A stretch of 32,000 nt of DNA, from positions 150,001 through 182,000 of the forward strand of contig NZ_FNLK01000010.1 in the NCBI RefSeq assembly GCF_900105015.1, written 5' to 3'. Every line of letters begins with the position of its first letter. Positions within the stretch are counted from its first letter, which is position 1. Below the pieces are notes generated by a model. That model was given only the letters and a program-made list of their open reading frames with translations. It was not told the DNA's origin and searched no databases. The translations under genes were made by a program, and so were the position numbers. This stretch comes from Schaalia meyeri (GTDB taxonomy: Bacteria > Actinomycetota > Actinomycetes > Actinomycetales > Actinomycetaceae). Below, one piece after another: positions 16,059 through 22,808 of the stretch.

Positions 16059-16663
16059 TTCGTTGGAGTGGTTGTCGGGTCGAACCAGTCGGGGACGCGG
16101 CCGGGCAGGTCGATGAGCCGCTTGGGGTCATCGGTGGACCCGTCGCTGCGCAGGGGCTCCGTGTCGTAGGTGTAGGAGCTGTGGAGGTCCGGGGAGAGGG
16201 AGATAAGGGCGCTCACGGTGGCGCCGTATCGTTCATTCACCCAGTAGAATTTGATCCGTGTTTTCCCGTCGTCGATGTGCTTCCTTTCCACAATTTCGAA
16301 TCCGAGTGGTTCGAGGTGAGCGTTGACGACGGAACGGAACCGGTCGACGTCGTGTTCCTCGAAGAAGTACTGGGCGGCAAACATGCTGTATAGGTACTGA
16401 TTTCCGGCTGTGCGTCGGGAGATGTGGTCTTTGTCGCCGTATTTGCGGATGTTCTCGCTGGTGAGAATCTCGTTGCGTGCCGCCACAATAGCGGGCTCGA
16501 TGTCGCGCTGGAAAGCCTCGACGGACTCCATCTTGGACGCGTTGCGCAGGTCCTCAGCGTGGTGCGGGTTCATTCCTGATCCTCCAAAAAACGGTGTGCA
16601 GGCGGTGAGTGGCAGCGATACCAAGATAACGCTGATGATTGTGGCGAACCGATGTATTTTCAT
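16055..16663 (-). CDS. Lipoprotein, island paralogue A (candidate immunity protein), translationally coupled to the hydrolase gene
   Basis: I place the start at ATG 16663-16661 (MKIHRFATIISVILVSLPLTAC|TPFFGG, a classic L-T-A-C lipobox). This forms an ATGA overlap with the hydrolase stop at 16662-16660. The track's longer ORF (to 16885) would overlap the hydrolase and is Arg/Gly-rich. Confidence 0.8.
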   Translation of the reverse strand: MKIHRFATIISVILVSLPLTACTPFFGGSGMNPHHAEDLRNASKMESVEAFQRDIEPAIVAARNEILTSENIRKYGDKDHISRRTAGNQYLYSMFAAQYFFEEHDVDRFRSVVNAHLEPLGFEIVERKHIDDGKTRIKFYWVNERYGATVSALISLSPDLHSSYTYDTEPLRSDGSTDDPKRLIDLPGRVPDWFDPTTTPTK

Positions 16664-18252
16664 TTCTTTTCCCCGGCGATGACCCGTGAAATGTCGTCCA
16701 GCGCCTTCGTCTTTTCCTTGAAGTAGGAACTGTGTTCTCCCCAGCCGGTGGGGTGCCACGGGGTGTCGCCGACATCCCCCGATAGGTGCCTGTATCCGGG
16801 CATCGTGTCGGGGTTCTTTCCGAAGGTGGCATCCGGGCCGACCCCCTGGACCATGTCGTGCCGGTAGGGCGCCGCGCTGACCCACGCGTGCCCCTTTGGG
16901 ACGTGCAGCTCGCCGACGTCCTGAACGCCGGAGCCAGGAGAACCGAACTGAACCAGGTCGTCGATGACGCCATCGCCCACTTTCGTGGCGGCGATGCCCG
17001 CCGTCGTGGAACCGTAGGAGTGAGCCGCAACGGTGACGTGGGCGTCCCCCGCGCCGTGCTCGCGCGAGGCGTCCAGCCCGTTCAGGAAACCAGCCAGGCG
17101 TTGAGCGCCAGCCTGAGCCTTGTCCGTGGACATAACGTCAACATCCTGTGGTGCGTCGTAATTGAGATATTCCACGATCGCGACGGATCCATCGGTGTAC
17201 TCTTTAACGTTCTTACGCATGGTGGAGGCCTTGTCGTCGTAGTCGCCAAGTGAATCTGCCACGTTCGTGGTCATGCCCGGGACGATGACGCCCACGTGGT
17301 CGGCCGTGTCCGGGTTATTCTGAGAGACAGCCGCGAGGACGTTGGGCCCCGACGTGTCCATGCCGAGGAGGAAGCGGGGGGTACCATCTTCCTCTTCTTT
17401 TTTGAGAGTGTGTCCAATAGCGCGGAGCGCCTGAAGTTGCCGGTGAAGCCGTTTCAACTCTCCCAGCTGTTCGACCGTTGGATCGTCCCCGAGCTCTCTC
17501 TCGTAGTCTGCGAGTTGCTGCTCCGCTTCCGCGATCTTCTGCGGGAGCGCGATACGGTTCGCTTTGTCGCGGGAGGTAAAGTCAACGCCGTCAAGGTTTC
17601 CGATCTGCTCGGGGTAATTCTCGATCATCCACTGCTTGTCCTTGTCGGACAGGGAACTCCACCAGGACGCCACCTCCTGCGCTGAAGCGCCAGCGGGAGG
17701 CAGGGAGGGGCGAGCGCTGCCGGACACGGAATAGTGCACTCCGTTGTCGAATGTTCCCCTGTCCAAAGCACTGATCATGCCTGCGAGTTTCTCTTCGAGG
17801 GCGCGAGCGTCCGTGAGGACAGTTGCGATGCGTTCGCGGATGAAAGTGAGACGCTTCAGCGGAGCCAGGGGGTCCATAGCGACATCAGCAAGCTCGCGAA
17901 GAACAGACTCGAACACAGAGACAACCCCGCTCGTGTCGATGTGAACACTCAGCGAAACAGCCAACTGTGAGATGTCCTCAATGTTCGCGCGGATCTCGTT
18001 GATCCCCTGGACTCCGGCGGAGGCGACCTCGGCCGCGCTGATCAGGTAGTTGACCTGCTCCTCAATCTCGCTGACCCGCTTGCGCAGCGCGTTCCGCGCG
18101 GCGTCCGCGGTCTGGCCCTGGCCGCTGAGCCTGCTCAGCTCGGTCGAGAGGTCCTCGCCCGTCTCCTGCAGCTTTCGCTGCTTCCTCTCGCATTCCAAGG
18201 CGTACTCCTGGAGCGGAGCAGAATCCCATTGCTTGATGTCCGCCCAATTCAC
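16660..18252 (-). CDS. Two-domain protein with no signal peptide: helical LXG/WXG100-like N-terminus plus DUF1023-type alpha/beta hydrolase C-terminus (candidate T7SS effector)
   Basis: 530 aa with a GTG start. The N-terminus has no hydrophobic signal. Residues ~1-170 look like a helical hairpin with the turn ...LSRLSGQGQTADAARNAL... The mid-region is EVASWWSSLSDKDKQWMIENYPEQIGNLDGVDFTSRDKANRIAL. The hydrolase core has HVGVIVPGM, YLNYDAP, the nucleophile elbow VAAHSYGST (A-H-S-Y-G), QFGSPG and a C-terminal His context WGEHSSYF. Confidence 0.85.
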   Translation of the reverse strand: MNWADIKQWDSAPLQEYALECERKQRKLQETGEDLSTELSRLSGQGQTADAARNALRKRVSEIEEQVNYLISAAEVASAGVQGINEIRANIEDISQLAVSLSVHIDTSGVVSVFESVLRELADVAMDPLAPLKRLTFIRERIATVLTDARALEEKLAGMISALDRGTFDNGVHYSVSGSARPSLPPAGASAQEVASWWSSLSDKDKQWMIENYPEQIGNLDGVDFTSRDKANRIALPQKIAEAEQQLADYERELGDDPTVEQLGELKRLHRQLQALRAIGHTLKKEEEDGTPRFLLGMDTSGPNVLAAVSQNNPDTADHVGVIVPGMTTNVADSLGDYDDKASTMRKNVKEYTDGSVAIVEYLNYDAPQDVDVMSTDKAQAGAQRLAGFLNGLDASREHGAGDAHVTVAAHSYGSTTAGIAATKVGDGVIDDLVQFGSPGSGVQDVGELHVPKGHAWVSAAPYRHDMVQGVGPDATFGKNPDTMPGYRHLSGDVGDTPWHPTGWGEHSSYFKEKTKALDDISRVIAGEKK

Positions 18253-18326
18253 CGGCCCATCACCAACCCCACGGCAGCTTCGCCCAAACGGGCAAACCTT
18301 CCGGGCACGTAGGAACCAACGCTCAT
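18249..18326 (-). CDS. Possible 25-codon upstream leader ORF coupled to the hydrolase start (speculative)
   Basis: My own reading of the minus strand gives GGAGG, 5 nt, then ATG (18326-18324): MSVGSYVPGRFARLGEAAVGLVMGR. Its TGA (18251-18249) overlaps the hydrolase GTG (18252-18250) as GTGA. The hydrolase GTG itself has only a weak purine-rich upstream stretch. Confidence 0.3.
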   Translation of the reverse strand: MSVGSYVPGRFARLGEAAVGLVMGR

Positions 18327-18448
18327 CGCTGCCTCCGCTTCAACGGTAAATAGTGCTGCGCGAAATGGTACCTGACAGACGGCTACTTTTCACGCGCCGA
18401 CGAACTCTGTGAGACCGGGGCGGACAATCCGGCCTGTTCAACGGTCCC

Positions 18449-19348
18449 TCAAGACAGAGTGAGAGCCAAGGCCACCAACGCACCCCACGACATCGCGTAA
18501 AACCCCGTGTTGCGCAGCACCGCTATGAGCGCGCGCCCCGACGCGCCCGTGAGCACCGGCAGGCTCACGCCCGCCGCCCAAACGGCCGCACCCACGCCCA
18601 ACGCGCACGTCGCCAACGGGTGCAGGCCCACCGCCACGCCCAGCGTGACGATCATGGGGACCGGACCCCACACGCAGGCGGCAAACACCCAGCGTGACGC
18701 GCGATCCCCCAAGCGCACGGCCGCCGTCATTTTTCCGGATTCGCGATCCGTGGGGATATCCCGAATGTTATTGGCCATCAGCAGCGCCACCGACAGGAGC
18801 CCCAGCGCCGACGCGCTCATCCACAGCCACCACGGGGCATCGCGGACCTGCGTCCACGAAGTGCCCACGCACGCCAGCAAGCCAAAGAAAACGAACACCA
18901 TCAGTTCAGACAGCCCGATACCCATGTACGCGTACGGATGCCTCCCGCCCGTGTACAGCCACGCCGCGGCCACGGCAGCAATGCCCGCACCGATCAGCCA
19001 CCACGTGCCCGACACCGCCACCAGAGTCAGGCCTGCCACGCCCGCCAGCGCAAAACAACCCAGCGCGGCCCTCAGGACCGTCTTTGGCGCCGCCAGGCCC
19101 CCACCTGTCAGCCGCGCCGGCCCCCGGCGGTTATCGTCCGTGCCGCGAATACCGTCCGAATAGTCGTTCGCGTAGTTGACCCCCACCTGCAACGCGAGAG
19201 CCACCACGAGCGCCAGGCACGCGCGCCCGGCGCCGAAACCACCCAGGTGATGGGCGGCCGCCGACCCCACGATCACGGGCGCGGCGGCGGCGGGCAGGGT
19301 GCGCAGGCGAGCGCCCTCGATCCAATCAGAAACGGAAGCCATGGCCAT
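18449..19348 (-). CDS. menA: 1,4-dihydroxy-2-naphthoate polyprenyltransferase (UbiA family)
   Basis: A polytopic membrane protein with the UbiA motif NDYSDGIRGTDD and a typical MenA N-terminus (SDWIEGARLRTLPAAAAPVIVG). I place the start at ATG 19348 or 19342. The track's 64-aa extension is Pro/Arg-rich and does not look coding. Confidence 0.85.
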   Translation of the reverse strand: MAMASVSDWIEGARLRTLPAAAAPVIVGSAAAHHLGGFGAGRACLALVVALALQVGVNYANDYSDGIRGTDDNRRGPARLTGGGLAAPKTVLRAALGCFALAGVAGLTLVAVSGTWWLIGAGIAAVAAAWLYTGGRHPYAYMGIGLSELMVFVFFGLLACVGTSWTQVRDAPWWLWMSASALGLLSVALLMANNIRDIPTDRESGKMTAAVRLGDRASRWVFAACVWGPVPMIVTLGVAVGLHPLATCALGVGAAVWAAGVSLPVLTGASGRALIAVLRNTGFYAMSWGALVALALTLS

Positions 19349-19382
19349 CAGTGTAGTTGGAGCGGGCCCCGGCCAGGGGAGC

Positions 19383-20702
19383 CTAGCGCACCCACTCCCT
19401 GGCGGTACCCGCCGCGCGGGTAGCCGCATCCGCAGCCGCGGCACGGTCGATCTTGTCGTAGCCCAGGTAGGGCAGGGAATCAATGGCGACAACGCGGCGA
19501 GGAGCCTGAGCGCGCCCGATGTGAGCGGCGGCGTGCTCACGGACCGAGGAGCCCAGCTTCGCCATCTCCAGCGAATCCGACGGCATTCGCTCCGGGATCA
19601 CCAAGGCGGTGACCACGTGCCCCCACTTGGCGTCCGGGGTCGCCATGATCCATGCATCCGAGATTCCCTCGTGGGAACGCACCGCGTGGCGCACCAGGCC
19701 GGGGGCGATCGACAATCCGCCCGACACGATCACGTCGTCGGCGCGCCCGCGCACCTCGACCGTGCCCGACGCGCGAATAATGCCCAGGTCGCCCGTGAGC
19801 AGCCAACGGTGGCCACCCTCTTCAAAGAACGGGCTGTCCGCATCCAGATAGCGGGTCATCAGCGTGGGACCGTTGATCGCCAGGCGCGTGCGGCCGTCCC
19901 AATCGACCGCGCGCACGGACGTGCCGGGCAGGGGCAGGCCGTCGTACACGCAGCCGCCTGCCGTCTCCGTCATGCCGTAGGTGGTGCGCACCCTCAGCCC
20001 CGCCTCGCGGGCGCGCGCGAGCAGCTGCTGGTTGGTGGCCGCGCCGCCCACGAGGATCGCCGAGAGCGAGCGCAGCGCCTCCACGACCTGTTCCGCGTCC
20101 AGGCACTGGGAGAGCTGCGTGGGCACCAGGGACAGGTAGCCGGGCATGTCGTCCTGCGTGGCACCCCGAACGGCGGGCAGGAGCGCCTCGGGGGAAAAGC
20201 CCTCAGAGGTGTCGACGATCTGCGGATTCGTCTCTGCCACCGCGGCGCGCAGGAGCACCATCGCGCCCGCGATATGGTGTGTCGGCAGGGCGAGGATCCA
20301 GCGCCCCGGGCCGTTTAACGCCAGCTCGGTGGCCTTCGCCGAGGCGATGAGCGCCTCGGTAGAGAGGCCGACCAGGCGCGGCGCGCCCGCGCTGGAACCC
20401 GAAGTGGGGACCACCAGGTCGATTCCGTCAAAAAATGCGGGATCCTGATCGATCTCACGGGCCAGGCCGGGGTATCTTTCCTCTGGGAACGCTTCCTGCG
20501 GGGTCGCCGCGGAACCCCGCAGAGTGGCGGGAGAAACGGATTCAGGCTCGCGCAGAACCACGACCGTGTGGGGCGCGGGATGATTCGGGTCGGCTGCCCG
20601 TTCCTCGTACAGCTCAACGAGCTTGTGGATGGACGCGTTGGCCAATGCGACGGCACCGGCGGAGGTGCCCCCCGGCACGACAAGGATTCGTGGCGCAGCC
20701 AT
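19383..20702 (-). CDS. menE: o-Succinylbenzoate-CoA ligase (AMP-binding enzyme)
   Basis: Adenylate-forming motifs are present (VVPTSGSSGAPRLVGLS; TTYGMTETAGG; GDLG...GRADDVIVSGG). It lies upstream of menA on the same strand. The start is set at ATG 20702, with a GGGAGG Shine-Dalgarno 7 nt upstream. Confidence 0.8.
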   Translation of the reverse strand: MAAPRILVVPGGTSAGAVALANASIHKLVELYEERAADPNHPAPHTVVVLREPESVSPATLRGSAATPQEAFPEERYPGLAREIDQDPAFFDGIDLVVPTSGSSAGAPRLVGLSTEALIASAKATELALNGPGRWILALPTHHIAGAMVLLRAAVAETNPQIVDTSEGFSPEALLPAVRGATQDDMPGYLSLVPTQLSQCLDAEQVVEALRSLSAILVGGAATNQQLLARAREAGLRVRTTYGMTETAGGCVYDGLPLPGTSVRAVDWDGRTRLAINGPTLMTRYLDADSPFFEEGGHRWLLTGDLGIIRASGTVEVRGRADDVIVSGGLSIAPGLVRHAVRSHEGISDAWIMATPDAKWGHVVTALVIPERMPSDSLEMAKLGSSVREHAAAHIGRAQAPRRVVAIDSLPYLGYDKIDRAAAADAATRAAGTAREWVR

Positions 20703-20912
20703 GATGAGCCTCCCAAGTTCGACGGCGAGTGCGTATGCAATATGTAACAAGGATAAAGGTTGGTGTTCTCGCAGGTGGCGGACCGTCCCGCGGCAATGAT
20801 CACGTTTAATGGCTGGATCCCCTAAATGACGGGCATTTTCATGTGGCACAGAACGCAGCTGAAATTTCAACAGTATCCCCCCACGAGTCGGCATAAGGCT
20901 ATACGATAGACT

Positions 20913-22358
20913 GTGATGCTCAATAACATTTCCGTGAAAGTCAGATGGGCGATCGGCGCCGCGTGCGCCCTCGTCCTCCTCGTCGTTGGCGCCGCCACCG
21001 TATACGCGGCAAATTACTCGGGTCGCGCCCTGCCGGGCACGACCGTCGCCGGCGCGTCCGTTGCCGGAATGACGCATGACCAGGTTATGTCCTCGATCAA
21101 CGAACGGGCCGACGCGACGACCGTGACGGTCACCGTTGAGGGGAAGGCGACCACGGCCTCACTCAACGAAGCGGGCATCACCGTTGACGCCGAATCAACT
21201 GCCGCCGCGGCCATGGAGGGTTCCACATCGCTGCCCGCGTTCGTGCGCTCCCTCTTCGCCGGGCGCACCGTCGACCCCGTCATGACCGTCGATGACGACT
21301 CCATCAGGAAGCTCGCGGCCACCGCCAACTCGACCCTGTCCTCGGAAACGAAAGACGCGAAGGTCGTCGTCGCGGACGACGGTGAATCCTTCACCGTCAC
21401 CCCCTCTCAGATGGGTAACGGCATCTCCACGGACGAAGTGAGCGCCGCCGTCAAACAGGCCGGCACCACGTTGGCCTCGGTCACGCAGGACGCGTCCGTT
21501 ATGCAGACGGAACCGGCGATCACCACCGAAAATGCCCAGAGCGCCGCGGATAAGGCAAATGCCCTGCTGGAGACGAGCATCGAAGTCTCTGACGGCATCG
21601 ACACCTTCAGCGCCAAGCGTTCCGACAAGGTCAAGTGGATTGAGTTCCTGACCAAGCCCGACGGCTCCCTCGACGATCCCTCCATCGACACCGTCAAGGT
21701 TGCCGACTGGGTTAACGCCCTGGCCGCGACCACCGACGTCAAGCCGGAAAACCGCGTCCACAACGTCGATTCGGAGGGTAACGTCCTCACCGTTGCCCGC
21801 GAAGGCAAAAAGGGACTCAAGACCAACAACACCGATCAGATCACGAAGGACGTCGTTGCGGCCATGACCGGCCGCACCGCCTACGAGGGCCTGTTCCACT
21901 ACGACGACGTCGAACCTGGATCCGAGACCAAGCGGGTCGCCGAAGGCACTGAGAACCTGGTCTATCAGGCGGCCGAAGGCGAAAAGTGGGTTGACATCAA
22001 CCTCTCCGACGCGTCCGTGACCGCCTACGTCGGCGGCAAAGTTGCAGGCGGCCCCTTCTACATGGTTCCCGGCGCACCCAACACGCCCACCATCACCGGC
22101 ACGTTCCACGTCTACCTCAAGTACGACGTGCAGACGATGCGCGGGGAGAACGCCGACGGTTCCAAGTATGTGACAGAAGGCGTCCCGTGGGTCACCTACT
22201 TCACCGGTTCCTACGCGATGCACGGCGCCCCCTGGCGTTCCTCCTTCGGCTGGAGCGGATACGGCGGTTCCCACGGCTGCGTCAACATGCCCGTCGATGC
22301 CGCGAAGTTTATCTATGACTGGACCGACATGGGCGACACGGTGGTCGTCCACTACTGA
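20913..22358 (+). CDS. L,D-transpeptidase (YkuD domain) with an N-terminal membrane anchor
   Basis: The N-terminal TM segment is WAIGAACALVLLVVGAATVYA. The C-terminal YkuD catalytic signature is YAMHGAPWRSSFGWSGYGGSHGCVNM (His ... SHGCxN). Confidence 0.85.
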   Translation: MMLNNISVKVRWAIGAACALVLLVVGAATVYAANYSGRALPGTTVAGASVAGMTHDQVMSSINERADATTVTVTVEGKATTASLNEAGITVDAESTAAAAMEGSTSLPAFVRSLFAGRTVDPVMTVDDDSIRKLAATANSTLSSETKDAKVVVADDGESFTVTPSQMGNGISTDEVSAAVKQAGTTLASVTQDASVMQTEPAITTENAQSAADKANALLETSIEVSDGIDTFSAKRSDKVKWIEFLTKPDGSLDDPSIDTVKVADWVNALAATTDVKPENRVHNVDSEGNVLTVAREGKKGLKTNNTDQITKDVVAAMTGRTAYEGLFHYDDVEPGSETKRVAEGTENLVYQAAEGEKWVDINLSDASVTAYVGGKVAGGPFYMVPGAPNTPTITGTFHVYLKYDVQTMRGENADGSKYVTEGVPWVTYFTGSYAMHGAPWRSSFGWSGYGGSHGCVNMPVDAAKFIYDWTDMGDTVVVHY

Positions 22359-22378
22359 TCCCACCGATCACGCGATGC

Positions 22379-22415
22379 GGGCGGGCCGGAACCTGTTGTT
22401 GGTTCCGGCCCGCCC
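22379..22415 (+). terminator. Intrinsic terminator hairpin after the L,D-transpeptidase gene
   Basis: A perfect 15-bp stem, gggcgggccggaacc (22379-22393) paired with ggttccggcccgccc (22401-22415), with loop tgttgtt. It starts about 20 nt after the stop. Confidence 0.65.
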
Positions 22416-22808
22416 CACTTTGTTGCACGTAGGATTCTGGCCGGCTTCCCGGTGGTGTCCCGCTGTATTGTTTTTTGAGTGTCGCGTGGACTTCCCTCCT
22501 GCATCCGACTTTCTCGGTGTTTCGCATCCGCGGGCGTACTTTTGCTCACCGGTGCGCCCCGTTTGTAGGGCGCCCGAGAAAAGGTACGCTGCGCGTGTGC
22601 GCCACACGAAGCGCGTGCCGTCGGCGCCCGCCGAAGACCGTGAGGCGGTACGCTGCGCATGACCCCCTCGTGCGACCTCGTCGCGCGCGCGTGGCGGCGG
22701 CCAAGCCCGGCGCGGCCTCACCGCGCGCCCTCGGGTACGCTCAACCAGGACGGTCACGCTATCGCAACCCCGCGACCCTTTCCGACCCCAACGTATGGCA
22801 GGTGCTCC

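Larger units (their letters stand above)
14769..16607. repeat. Tandem segmental duplication of about 1.22 kb covering lipoprotein gene bodies and gene junctions
   Basis: Positions 14769-15382 align with 15991-16607 (offset 1222-1225 nt). The alignment includes a 70-bp identical junction block and a 65-bp C-terminal block present three times: 14855-14919, 15484-15548 (1 mismatch) and 16077-16141. Confidence 0.8.

Noticed and set aside
16664-16885. The 74-codon N-terminal extension of the first lipoprotein ORF (track start 16885)
   Set aside because: It would overlap the 3' end of the hydrolase gene in another frame, and it is Arg/Gly/His-rich. The internal ATG at 16663 gives a canonical signal peptide and lipobox, and an ATGA coupling junction.
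21195-22364. A 389-aa minus-strand ORF
   Set aside because: It is antisense to the L,D-transpeptidase gene, which has the SHGCVN catalytic motif. Its composition (Gly/Val/Asp/Arg) is typical of a GC-rich shadow frame.
22583-22742. Repeated GGTACGCTGCGC (22583-22594, 22647-22658) and GGTACGCTC (22734-22742) upstream of the alpha-glucosidase gene
   Set aside because: These are short GC-rich repeats that could easily arise by chance in about 70% GC DNA. They have no palindromic structure and no adjacent regulator, so the case is too weak to call an operator.
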